From Histomonas meleagridis 2922-C6/04-290x (lineage: Eukaryota > Protista > Parabasalia), in NCBI GenBank assembly GCA_020184695.1, contig JAANOX010000253.1, positions 372,001 to 436,000 on the forward strand: a stretch of 64,000 nucleotides of DNA, read 5' to 3'. Made by a program: the position numbers and the translations under genes. This document shows, in pieces, positions 1 through 12,475 of the stretch; position 1 is the first letter of the stretch; every line of letters begins with the position of its first letter. Below the pieces are notes generated by a model. It did no database searches. It saw only the letters and a list, made by a program, of their open reading frames with translations, and was not told the DNA's origin.

Positions 1-776
1 TGTTGCTCTTTACTGATTCATTAACATTTCTAAATCCAAGGTCGCATAAATAATCTCCTTCAACTACAGCTTTTGCAGCAACTAATGATTCATGATCGCA
101 TACAGGAGCAATAACAATATTTTTATATGAAGGCATCAGTTCGATTGAAAGCTTGCCGCTCCAGTTAGGATAATATCGCATATTAAATAACATTAAGAAA
201 TAACTTATTGGAATCCTTAATGGAATCTTAACTATAACTTCTTTTTGCTGAGGTAATAGCGCTAAAGTCACAGTAAACGCCAGGAACCATTGAATCATGA
301 GCTCTGATTTTATCAATAGTTGCGAAACAATCATTACCGGCTTTAGCTTCATCAGATAATGAATTAGAAAGCATGAACCATTCATACCTTGCGTTATGAA
401 CGTCTTGAATTTTATCTGTGTTTGAATAAATTCTGTATTGGTCTATAGCATCGCATGAACATTTATAACCGACATAATATTCTTTAAACAAAAGATTTGA
501 TTGTGACGGAACGGTAATTGGTACTTCTTGTTCTAAAGTAATATATGAATTATCTAAACCAATAATCTTAAATCTATCCGTGAAAATGTCAACGTATGTT
601 GTGTCTCCCTCGTTTATGTCTCCAACATTGCCGTAAGAAGTAGCTGTCGTGTATTCATAATTTCCCGGAATGATTTCAGAAGCTTTAACTGCTTCATCAA
701 CTTCATTATACCAATCTTGAAGGTTTCCAGTCATTGCATCAATAACATTTGGCTGTTGATTTTGTGGTGCAAACAT
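1..776 (-). CDS. Putative double jelly-roll major capsid protein, N-terminal part (one frameshift near 240; continues off window)
   Basis: MFAPQNQQPNVIDAM...LDNSYITL...YYVGYKC...IPLRIPISYFLMLFNMRYYPNW is homologous to 20026-20688 and 51023-52075. Beta-rich, last gene of the structural block. MCP identity is inferred. Confidence 0.6.
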
Positions 777-948
777 TTTATAGTGATAAAAAAATCAAAA
801 CATCAATTAGAATCTAAGTCTTCAATCGTTACTGTATTTGTTAACGGTAACAATCTTCTATTAGAAAAAGTTCTTAAATCATTATAAAAATTGAAGTAGT
901 AAATCAGGAGCTAATTGACTTTTATTTGTTCTAGTAAATCCAGCATAT

Positions 949-2105
949 TTATGTTGATTTTTCTGCTAAAAATTGATTAAATCTATCATCTCCAATTGAA
1001 TTAATCAAAGCATCAATATTATATTCAAGTTGTATTCTTTGATTATTTTGATTTACAACTTGTTGTGCAATATCTGATTGTAATTGATTTGTTATTGCTA
1101 ATTTTCTTGTCGGTGATAGATTACCGCTAAACATTTGTTGTTGTATTTCAATTTGTGCTTGACTTTCCATTGCTTTTTTTGTATACTCATTCGCTAACTC
1201 AACATCTTGAGCTCTTCTTTGATTTTGTAACGTTGCTATTTTCAAATTTGTATTTTTCTGTATTTGTGCTTTATGTTCGGCAGAATTTAAATATTCTAAT
1301 TCAGCATCAAGAGCTATTTTTTTTTTTCTTCGGTTGCTTGTAATTCCTCTCTTCTTTTAATTTTCTTTTTCACGTTCCTTTGTTTGAACTTTTTTCTTAG
1401 CGTTCTGAACAATCGATTCTTTGTGCGTCTTGCTTATTTCTGGTTTTTGTCCAACGGCTGTTTGATATGCTCATTTTTTAATAGTTCATTTTCATAACGT
1501 GCTCTTTCTAATTCATATTGTGTCTGTGCTCGCATTTCATTTGCATTCTTATAATCTTCTGATTTTAAAACTTTCTGTAAAGTTTCATTTTCATTCTTTA
1601 CTTTTTCTAACTCACGTTGCAAGCTATTTTTAATTCGCATTTGTTCATTAGCTTCTATTTCATGTTGGCGTTCAATAGTAAGCATTTTTGCTTCAGCTAA
1701 TTGAGCTTGAATTGTTGCGTTTTGATCTTTTAATAAATCAATGTCGCCTTTATACTGAGTTTTTTTAAGTTCTGCCAAAGCTTTTGCGTAACGTTTAGTT
1801 TCTTGTTGAGCTTTGTTTGCTAATTCATGCTGACGTTCAATCTCTCTTTCTGCCATTTCACGTTTTTGCTTTTCTTCGTTATACTTTGCCTCAGCAGCTT
1901 TTGTTGCTTTTTTCATATTTCTTTCTTGTTCATCCAAATTTTTCTTTCTTGCTAATTCATCTTGTTTCTCTCTTCGCGTATCATTAATTTGTTGTTGACG
2001 AACATCGTTTTGATTTCTCATATTATGTATTGCGTCAAGATTAATATTTTGTGGAGTTTGTGATAAAGCAACAGGAAGAAATGGATTTTGTAAATTTGCC
2101 ATCAT
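949..2105 (-). pseudogene. Coiled-coil element protein, split by frameshifts
   Basis: Q/E/K-rich heptad ORFs 1434-2105 and 949-1245; positional homolog of 18345-19680. Confidence 0.6.
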
Positions 2106-2209
2106 CTGTGACCTAGCAGAATTGGAATTTTGATTATTCGGTAAGGGAAGAATATTTGCTCTTATCGATGCGTTAGGATTAATTGTTGGAGCTTGATAAA
2201 AATATTAAT

Positions 2210-2836
2210 TTATAAGTATTGAACTCTTGCTCTCCATCCGCGTTGTACCGGCACATTATAAACTTGTTCTTGACGTTCTGACGAAACTTGAGCTTCTGAC
2301 GAAACTATATCTTCCTTTTGCTCCGAACCTTGTGAGTTTCGAGCATCTAGCGAGACTTGCTCGTCATTTAATGTTTGTTCGACCGAAGGAATTTCCTCAG
2401 CATCAATATAAATATCATCCCTCAAACGATGATACTTCTTCTTAAGCTTTTTATGCTTACCTGTTAATTTATCTAATCGTGAATTTAATTCAATTATATG
2501 CTCCATTAATAATTGATCGTTTGATAAATAAACTTTACCGTCGTTGTTGTTTTTAATTATTTTTTGACTAACCGTTGGAGTTTTTGATTTCTTTGCTGTA
2601 ACTCTAGCGTTACCGTTCTTGAAAAATTTGACGTCAAAAAATTCATTTTCAATTCCTTTTTTAGCATTAGCAATTATAATTTCTTTTTCTTCTTGTGTTA
2701 AATCTTTTACTGCTTTCTTTGTTATCTTAACATCCGAAGTTTTTTCTTCATCAACGTTTTCTTCTCCTAATACAATTTCTGTTTCGCTCCGAAGGAGCTC
2801 AGGCTCGTAGAGCCGTTCAGTCTCGTTCTCTGCCAT
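2210..2836 (-). CDS. Conserved element hypothetical protein X (208 aa, intact)
   Basis: KKAVKDLTQEEKEIII...DQLLMEHIIEL...RGWR matches 17661-18321 (KKQVKDLTPYEKDIII...YQLLM...RGWR). Confidence 0.8.
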   Translation of the reverse strand: MAENETERLYEPELLRSETEIVLGEENVDEEKTSDVKITKKAVKDLTQEEKEIIIANAKKGIENEFFDVKFFKNGNARVTAKKSKTPTVSQKIIKNNNDGKVYLSNDQLLMEHIIELNSRLDKLTGKHKKLKKKYHRLRDDIYIDAEEIPSVEQTLNDEQVSLDARNSQGSEQKEDIVSSEAQVSSERQEQVYNVPVQRGWRARVQYL

Positions 2837-2874
2837 TTATTAAATATAAAAAAATCAAAAAATCATTTAATGAA

Positions 2875-3343
2875 TCACATTAATCCAGGAATCATTACTC
2901 TTGGTTGAGGTTTCATTACCGCAGGTTTCATTTGATATCTTTGTTGCTTACCTAAATTTTTTTTTTGTTCGATCCATTGTTTAAATTTATCGCCTGCTTG
3001 AATCCACGGTTGAGTTTTTATCCGAAATCTTTTTGACCTGTGTCTAAAACACGTTCGGCTACTTCTTTGCCTTTATCTACGGCTCGTTTAATTTTGTTTT
3101 TATTCTTTCCGTCAGGAACTGCATCAACTATTTTTATCTATTTTTATCTGTTATATCTCCTTTACGCTTTCTTACTGTATCAATTATTCCTGGAATCTTT
3201 TTTTACCAAATTCAATTCCTCGACTGATTATTGGCGAGACCTTACCGTAAATTCTCTTTCCTTTATCAATAACATTTTCTTACAAGTCGTCCTGCATTTT
3301 GAATAAATTTTCTTATTCCACCGAATATACGACCTAATCCCAT
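2875..3343 (-). pseudogene. Amphipathic basic pVI-like protein, frameshifted
   Basis: Reverse strand begins MGLGRIFGGIRKFIQNAGRLVRK, a homolog of the intact ORF 17137-17631. Confidence 0.75.
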
Positions 3344-3379
3344 TTAATATAATTAAAAAAACGTTTTAATAACTCTTAA

Positions 3380-4539
3380 ATGAGTCTAAACGTTAACAAA
3401 GAAATTGACAAAACACATTTTAAAACTTACAGTCACGTTAAAAAACACGTGCAAAATAAATTTCCAAATGTTAGTGAAAAGAAAATTAAAAAAGTAATAT
3501 CAAGGAGATTGAAGGATAAATTTATTAAAACAAAAGATATAAAACCTTATATGATAAAAATATTTTCAACTATTCCAAATTGTTGGTTTCATGATTTATA
3601 TGATAATGGAAAAAATAAAAATCCTCGTTATTGGCACGTATTTATTGGCACAAATAATAGATACGTTTACTGTTTACCGTTGATGTCAAAATCAGCGTCT
3701 GCTGTTCATGAAACATTAAAACAATTCATTGTCAAATTCCATCCTGTAAAATTAACGTCAGATGAAGAACCAGCATTTATTGAAAAAAATAATTTAAAAC
3801 TTCTTTCTAAAAATAAAGTTGCCGTTCATACTATATCAGACAAAAACCATTCGTCTTTAGGCATTATTGATAGATTCATGCGAACAATAAGAGATATGAA
3901 TACTCCAACGGAAAAATCTAAACATCAATCACATGATGAAAAATATACACATTTATTACTCCAGAAAAAATGAAAAAAAGTTTCTGAATATTTATAATAA
4001 TACTTACCATTCAGCCATCGGTTGTTCTCCAAAAAGAAATGTTTGATAATAAAGATTTAGAGAAAAAGAATATATATGTAAATGTTTAGAATCTTCTGAA
4101 AAACAAAAATGTATTAAGAATTTAATTCTTCCTGTTGGCTCTTTTGTACGCTATATATTACCGCGTCATAATGGCATAACTAAAAAAAGATTTCAAATAA
4201 GTCGTGAATGTTATAAAATTGATGAACGGAAAGGAAATATGTACGTTTTTAATTGCTCAAGACGGAACAGTAATTACTAAACCAAGATACAAACTAATAC
4301 CTATTGGTAAGAATAAACCAAATAATATTAAATGGGCGTCAACTATTCCTGGTAAATGGGTTGGTTCTGTTGAGTCAATTTTGTCATTTAATCCTAAAAC
4401 AAATAAGTATAAAGTACTTTTTTTACCGTTCCTGGGCAACGTTCATATAAAGATGAAATACCAGCGACCTATCTCCGCGGTAATACTCCTCATAAACAGT
4501 CAGAAATTGAAAAGAGAATTTTTTGCTAAACATAAATGA
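3380..4539 (+). CDS. Retroviral-type (rve) integrase, frameshifted in A-runs
   Basis: WFHDLYD / TSDEE / SLGIIDRF catalytic core, followed by an SH3-like C-terminal region (LPVGSFVRYILPR) and a further C-terminal domain. Confidence 0.9.
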
Positions 4540-4559
4540 TATTAATATTTATTTTTTTA

Positions 4560-4700
4560 TACATGACAAACTAACTAACTAACTAACCAACTAAAAAAAG
4601 AAACTAGCTAAAGGAAATTCAAAAATTGTTGCGTGAGTTTCTCCATTCATGTGAAATCACTTGAAAATTGATGATTTACTCGACTAAACTCACAAATGAA
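4560..4700. repeat. Left arm of ~125-bp inverted repeat containing (CTAA)n
   Basis: catgacaaactaactaactaac...ctagctaaaggaaattc...gagtttctccatt is the reverse complement of 5995-6698 and 6760-6886. Confidence 0.9.
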
Positions 4701-4759
4701 ATTAAGTTTAATTTTTAAAGTAGTTTTTTTGATTTTTTTAATTTGTATATAAAGAGCTA

Positions 4760-5960
4760 AATGGCGATTGTTAATTTTTACATCAGAAGAACAAATTAAT
4801 AAATACATTAACAGCAAAAATCAATAAACTTGTTGTTGAACATCAGCAAGAAATCAAAAAGAAATTATTATCTTCATAAAGAATATAATAAAGAAGAAAA
4901 TAAAAAGATGATAAATCAAATTTATTATAACATACAACACATACCGGGTGAAATATTAAAATAAAAAAATGAATTTATAACATCTGATATGCTCAAAGAT
5001 CAATATATATCTAATTGCAAAAATGAAATTGAATTAATTGAATCAGATATGAAGAAAGCAGAAAATTTTCAGAAATTTTTAATTCAAGAAAGAAAAAAAC
5101 TAGAAAAATATCCTCGGTGTAATCAAAATGTAATTGATAATTTGACAGAATACATAAATCAAACCGTTAATTATTACCATCAAGATTTAATTGATGAGTA
5201 TTTCGAATTGTTCGTGAATAAAGTCAAAAACATCTTGTTCGAAAGATAAAGATTATTATAAAACAATTGAAAGCGTATATTTAAATAAAAACGGTAAGCG
5301 AGCGATGCAAAAGCTTGATAAATTTTTCGCAAAGATTAATTAATGCTTTAACTACAATAACTCTTTCGGTCAAGAATAATAAAACTTCTGAATTTATGTT
5401 AATTGAAACAACATTTAAGAATAAATTTAATAGATTAATTGATATTATGTATCTGTTTATATCGAATTTCATCAAAAAACAAATAAATATTATTCCTGAC
5501 GCTCATGCGATGTCAAATTCAAAAACTTGTGAAAAACTTATGCTGAAACTTTAATGTTTCGTTTGAATGAATCATTGACTGATACACTTCCTGAACTTTT
5601 GAATGAAGAATTTACAGAAAGAGTTAATTATCTAAAAGAAGATTTAATAGCAACTAAATCATTTGCTGGAGTGTTAAAATAAAAAAAAAAAAAAAAATCT
5701 ACCGATCCTTTAGTTGAGGAAGTAGATGAAGATGTAGAGAGTGATTCAATAATTGTAATTCAAGATTCAAAACCAACTTTTGAGAATTTCTTAATCACTA
5801 TTCCGAATAAGAAAATTGAAGTTTTTGAATTGTGTTCTATGTTTAACAAGTACTTCAACACTAACGTTTCAACAAGGAGCTTTTCAATGATGAATAACAC
5901 TAAAAAAATCACTTTGATAAAAGATCGATTTTAAGAAAAAAAAAAAGAACCACATATTAC
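4760..5960 (+). pseudogene. Two or three passenger hypothetical ORFs between the inverted repeats (86-aa ORF 4989-5249; fragmented ~215-aa ORF from 5304)
   Basis: Co-oriented ORFs. The last has a helical N-terminus, an acidic linker (EEVDEDVESD) and a small basic C-terminal domain. No family recognised. Confidence 0.45.
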
Positions 5961-5994
5961 ACAAAGAAACAGTAAAATGCAAGCTTTATTTTTC

Positions 5995-6698
<704 letters not shown>

Positions 6699-6759
6699 TA
6701 AAAAATAATGAAAACACAACTTTCCACATAGCATTAACAACAACTCAGCCGGATTCATG

Positions 6760-6886
6760 CATCAGCTCCAGTAAACATGCAATATTCACGTCAAATCACT
6801 AAAATGGAGAAACTCATTCAGCTTTTCCGAATTTCCTTTAGCTAATAACTTTTTTAGTTAGTTAGTTAGTTAGTTAGTTTGTCATG
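6760..6886. repeat. Right arm 2 (direct duplicate of right arm 1, with about 5 TTAG units)
   Basis: catcagctccagtaaacatgcaatattcacgtcaaatcactaaaatggagaaactcattcagcttttccgaatttcctttagcta is repeated exactly from 5995-6078. Confidence 0.92.
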
Positions 6887-7007
6887 CCTCACACATTTTA
6901 AAAATATAAATGTCATCATGAATTTAAATATATTTTATTACTTTCAATCAAAACCAACCGATTTATGATAATTCAATCGATTTTAGCCGTTCATCCTTTA
7001 GTTTATG

Positions 7008-7115
7008 TAGCGCGGGTGGGAGCGAGTGCGTAGCACGAAGCTCACATAGCGCTGTGTGTGTGTGTCGCTATACACACACAGCACACATTCCACTTTGTTT
7101 CAGTGTGCTGAAGCA
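7008..7115. other. GC-rich multi-hairpin, putative terminal or origin structure of copy B
   Basis: GC island in ~20% GC DNA with stems tgtgtgtgt/acacacaca and gcacac/gtgtgc; resembles 53575-53680. Confidence 0.55.
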
Positions 7116-7622
7116 TAAATAAGTAAGTGTGTATGTGTATATTTATAAGTATGTGATTGTATACATAATCCATTGAATATGTAATCATGTATATAAATAT
7201 TGAATATATATTTTTATAAACCATTCATTTGTATAGATAAATTATATTATATATATATTATTGATATTATTTTTGTTTATTATTTTTATAAAAAGCAGAA
7301 GCATAAAAAAATCGATTTTACAATAAATTTTCATATCAAAAGTATTATAAATTCATATCAAATATATAATACAAATGAATCAAAAGTTATCAAAAGCAGA
7401 ACCCCAAAAAAATCAAAACGTCCCCGATCATTAATATCATAAATTCATACCATTTTCAACAGTTTTATTGTGAAAAAGCAGAGACATAAAAAACTCATTT
7501 TGGGGCCTGGACCCTGAAAGGGCCATTTCATACGGGAAAATTCGTAGATCCGGCAACGTGTAAAAATACTATAGTTTTCGACAAAATCATCGTGATAATA
7601 AATCGTTGAAAAATATATATAT

Positions 7623-10600
7623 TTAGGCTTTAAATACAGATACTGTTGTATTATCAATAATTGAAGTAACATTTCCAATAATCATACTGTTTATTTTTGT
7701 TGTTAATATAGTATCATCATCTAATACAGTTCCATCATAAAGTATTATATCATTAATATTATATTTACTGCTATCATTAACTATAAAATAATAATCACCA
7801 CAAGTAGCGAAGTCTATAGTATTTTGATTAATACTTATATCTTGTTTAATAGTATCTCCTATTTGAAATATTTCATCAGAAAGATATTTACCAACACAAA
7901 TACCAATAAACTCTCTATATAAACCACGACTTTTTACAGATGGTATACAGTTAGTAGAATCTGTAGTAGAAATATATTTATAAGTCCCATTTTCATTAAC
8001 TAATTTATAAACATTACCTGTTATAAATACTGATTTTCCAATAATGAAATTATCAATATTATCATTTTCAGAAATAGGACTATTATGAGTTATTGTTTTA
8101 TTCATTTGTTCACTTCCACTGCTTGATATTATTGCTACTCTATACTGACTATTAGAATAGTGCCAAAATCCTAATTCATTTTGATAAGAAGCTATCCGCC
8201 AAGTATATGTTCCTGGTGCTGCTGTTGATTGATCATGATATATGAAATCTACAAATCTACCAGTTTTTAATACAGCATTTTGATAAGGAACTATATCATT
8301 TGGTTCATGGGTATGGGAACTAGGTGTAAAAGTTGATGGTTTATCAGTAATATCATTATAACTATGAGTATGACCATTTACTGAGAAAAAACTTACATTA
8401 ATATTATTAATAGAATTACAATTTATATTACCATTATTTACATTAAAACTAATATTACCATTATTATTACTAAGTTTACCAAAATACATAGTATTACCAG
8501 CAGTTCTTATTCTCCAACTATAATCACTATCATCATTACTATCATGAAAATCTATATATTGACCAACTTCCATAACACCATCACTTTTAATAGTAGCTAT
8601 ACAAGGTAAAGTATTTAAATAATTTTTATGCTGAAGAACCGTTATTAATATAATAATAATTAATTTTACCATTAATAGTAATATCATTATCAAATTCTGT
8701 ATGAGTATGAGAACTTGGTGTAAATGATTCTGGTTCATTAATAATATCATTATAATCAGGTTTGTTAATACATAAATTATTAACAGTTCTATCTATATAG
8801 AATTTTTTTATTTCTGGTACTGATAAATCTGTTCCTTGAGAAATACTTATAACAAATTTATTTTTCTCATGAGATAAAGCTGTTTGTTGCCACTTATTAT
8901 TAGATATATGTATTGTTTGGAAATTTAAATAATCATAAGTATGAACATGACTTGTTAAAGAATATCTACCATCATGATTATGAGTTGTTAAAGAGTAATC
9001 ATTATGAGTATGATCTAACGGAGAGTATTTGTCGTCGTGATTATGTGTTGTTAAAGAATACCTACTATCATGATTATGACTTGTTAAAGAAAAACTACCG
9101 ATTCCAATACCATTAATTGATGAACAAGTAAAGTTACCAGATTTATTAAATGAGAATGAAGGGTTTACGTATTCATTATCAAAGAAAAATCTAACTAAAT
9201 CAGGATCACTTGGATGTAAACTAATTCTAAAATGAAAATCTGTCCCTTCTGCATTATTTCGATGATGAAAATCTAAACAATTTGGTATTTCAAAAACACC
9301 TCCACTGATTAATGTGATTGATGGTGTTACTAATAAAGTTCCTTTTCTATTACCGATAGGATAATTATTAATAGTATTCACTTTTATGTTGCCGTTAACA
9401 GTTAAATCGTTATTAAATTCAGTATGAGTATGAGAACTTGGTGTAAATGATTCTGGTTTATTAATAATATCATTATAATCTGGTTTGTTAATACATAAAT
9501 TATTAACAGTTCTATCTATATGTAATTCTTTACTAGTTGGTACAGTAATATCATCACTTTTTGATACACTTATTATTATTAACTTATTTTTAAGTTGATA
9601 TAATGCTGTTTTTTGCCACAAATTATTAGAAATATCAATATTATTAAAGTTTAAGTAATTAAACGTATGAGTATGATCTAACAGAGAGTATCTTTCATCA
9701 AGAGTATGTGTTGTTAAAGAAAAGTTATCAACAGGTATATTATTAACAGTATCAACTTCTACTATATTACCATTAACTTTAAGATCTTGATTTATATTAG
9801 TATATATTTCGTAAATATCTTCTTCCTCCTCTTCTTCATTAATAATAGTATCAATTAAATCCTTATGATATGTAATATTCGTATAATTTTTTAAATCAGA
9901 GCTAATTAAGTAATTATCATGAGTATGATTAATGAATCTTTTATATATCTGACAGTCTACTAATAACATACCTAATTCATTAGTCCTCTGTCCTTTAGAA
10001 ACATCTTTATAATAATATATCAAATTTTTACAAATTACATTCATTTCAGGAAACAGATTTATTAAATAATTATATTCATTTAAACTATTATCGATATCAG
10101 TGTCATCTGGGCCTTCTAAATCATCTAAATTCTCATCTGTTGATATATCATATTCATCAAAAACGACGCTTCTTAAAGTTGGAATTGGTATATAACCTCT
10201 TGCTCCAGTAAATACATTTTTCAATCTACTTATTAACGACATTGCCCAGGAACTATTTTTGATACTGTTATATACTTTAGCAGCAAGTTCAGCAAACTCT
10301 GCTAATGACATTGCATAAGAAAAAGCATCTAATAAATATTCTAGCCAATTCTTTTTATATCCTTCACCATCTTCACCAGGAGCTCCTGTCAATAGTTCTT
10401 GTATTTCATCATCATCTATAATCATTTGTTTTGTTAAATAGTATTCAGAAGTTAATACTTCATCAACATTAACTATACCATAAGTATGTCCACTATCTTC
10501 TAACATGATACTATTACCATTAGAAAAATTAATTAATATTGTTTTCTGTAATACCATCTTCTGTAGTATTATCATAAGTTGATATATTAACACCATTCTC

Positions 10601-11553
10601 AAATAAAATTACATCAGAAATAGTTAAAATACCATCTTCTATAAGAGCTATATTATTTATATCAATTTCATTAATTTTACCATTGACTATAAGATTTTGA
10701 TTAATTAATGTATATTTTTCATAAATATCCTCCTCTTCGTTATTATCATCATGGTTATGTGTTGTTAAAGAAAAGTTATTGACAGATATGTTATTAATAC
10801 TATTTGCTGTTATATTACCATTATCACTAAAACTCATTGTAGAACCACCTTTTGCTCGAAAACTCAGTGTATCAGTTAAAGCTCTAATTCTCCAAGTATT
10901 ATCTTTATTATAATCATTACTATCATGAAAATCAATATATTCTCCGACTTCCATAACACCATCACTTTTAATAGTAGCTATACAAGGTATCGTTATTGTT
11001 GCATTAGAACCCCCATTAATACTATTTCCAATATAATAATTGTTAATTGTATTTGCAACAAGGCTACCGTTAATAGTTACATCGTTATCAATTATTTCGT
11101 GAGTATGATCTATCAATGAATATCTATCGTCATGAGTATGGTTCTTTAATGCAAAATCTTCTGTAGAATAGCCGTTAATTATATCTATTCATAGATTACT
11201 TATACTAACGTTATTATTTTCATTTCACTAATTTTGACAAATTTTTTATATAAAGTCAATACTTTATCAATATCACTAAACATCTGGATTAAATAAGCAT
11301 TATTCATTATATTAGATCCTGTTATAATATCACTTACTGATATATCATTTATTAAAACAAGATTTTTGATGCTGTTATCTAATGGATTGATTATTATATG
11401 ATTTCTTCCATAAGTAAACGCAAATGATTTGTCTATGTAATTAATCGTCAGTGAGCATATGCCGTTACTGATAGTATCAGCTGTTTTGCTATGATTAGAA
11501 TATACAACACTGTTTTTATTTAATGATTTTACTATGGTTTCTAATCTATTCAT
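7623..11553 (-). CDS. Modular His-x-His fibre protein (~1300 aa when three frameshifts are bridged)
   Basis: ORFs 11200-11571, 10529-11116, 8626-10602 and 7623-8750 join by single-base shifts. Repeated HTH/HNHDxRY motifs, repeated PCIATIKSDGVMEVGxYIDFHD and LCINKPDYNDIIN modules, and a C-terminal DFATxGDYYF domain. Confidence 0.75.
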
Positions 11554-11589
11554 TTGATCAACTTTTTCCAATTGTTTTTACAGTTAAAA

Positions 11590-12423
11590 ATGTACAAAAA
11601 TGAATATCAATTATCATCTAGAGCTTCACAGTTACCTATAGAAAAAAATTATACTAATTTAGATATAGAGGAATATGAAAGAGATTTAACTAATGTAAAT
11701 AAAAATGTTGGTTATACATTTCGTTACCCACAACGTTGGTTAGAGTCTCCTAGTCAAAATAAAGTAGTTGGAATGAGTAGACTTAATATAATACCTACTT
11801 ATCATAATGTATTATCACTTGAAATATTAATAGCTGATGATGATGTTACAGATGATATAAAAGTAACATTAAATTTACAAATTATGTCTGATAATACATT
11901 ATTTGAAATATTAAATTTAATATGCAATGAAGTTGCAAATCAATCTAAATATTATATTTCATCATATACTTACAATGACAATGAAACATTAACATTTAAA
12001 TGTTTGTATGGCGGAACAACAACCAACACCAAGAATATAGAATTTCTTATACAGGATATCAATGTTGGTGATATTGTAAATGGTAATGAAATAGGATTCT
12101 TAAAATTCTTGAATCAAAATACTACAACTAATGATATTATTGAATTAACGACCTATTCTGAAACAAAAACATTCTATAATGTATGGAATAGAGAATACTT
12201 AGAATTCCATGCTTCACTTAGTGATTCAAAACGTAGATTTATTGGTATCAAAGGTGATTTCTATGAAAAGCCAACTGTTGTATATAATGCTCCTTCTGAT
12301 GGATCTACTTTTAATATAAAGTTTACTTCTGATGGAAAGAATCCTATATATCCGATTCATTGTAGATTTATTATTCAATCAGTATTTATATATAACTACA
12401 AGAAATCTATTGTGCTAAAATAA
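11590..12423 (+). CDS. Putative penton-like/structural protein 2 (277 aa, intact)
   Basis: Open ORF divergent from the fibre gene; beta-rich C-terminus (VWNREYLEFHASL...FNIKFTSDGK...FIIQSVF); homolog fragment at 52080-52343. Confidence 0.45.
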   Translation: MYKNEYQLSSRASQLPIEKNYTNLDIEEYERDLTNVNKNVGYTFRYPQRWLESPSQNKVVGMSRLNIIPTYHNVLSLEILIADDDVTDDIKVTLNLQIMSDNTLFEILNLICNEVANQSKYYISSYTYNDNETLTFKCLYGGTTTNTKNIEFLIQDINVGDIVNGNEIGFLKFLNQNTTTNDIIELTTYSETKTFYNVWNREYLEFHASLSDSKRRFIGIKGDFYEKPTVVYNAPSDGSTFNIKFTSDGKNPIYPIHCRFIIQSVFIYNYKKSIVLK

Positions 12424-12475
12424 GACCAAAAATAAAACAAACAAAGCGCTATATAAGCAGCTGGGCTAGAAGCCT

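Larger units (their letters stand above)
1..4560 (-). mobile_element. Maverick/Polinton-like element copy A (partial; inverted relative to copy B; runs off window start)
   Basis: Same gene block as 15954-20688 in inverted order: integrase divergent from pVI-like, X, coiled-coil and MCP genes. Confidence 0.85.

Noticed and set aside
931-944. 14-bp match ctagtaaatccagc with the MCP 3' end at 51027-51040
   Set aside because: No flanking similarity; plausible by chance in AT-rich DNA.
1155-3306. Short plus-strand ORFs 1155-1343, 2227-2445, 2619-2810 and 3040-3306
   Set aside because: Antisense shadows of conserved minus-strand element genes.
8913-9116. Plus-strand ORF with YYHDYDLLK repeats
   Set aside because: Antisense shadow of the HNHD repeats of the fibre.
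8660-9680. Diversity-generating retroelement or invertase shufflon acting on the fibre
   Set aside because: No reverse transcriptase or site-specific recombinase in the window; repeats are direct; the two mismatches are not an adenine-specific pattern.
7623-11553. Bacteriophage prophage or bacterial contamination
   Set aside because: No terminase, portal or tail-tube genes; neighbours are Maverick-type; host flanks are eukaryotic.
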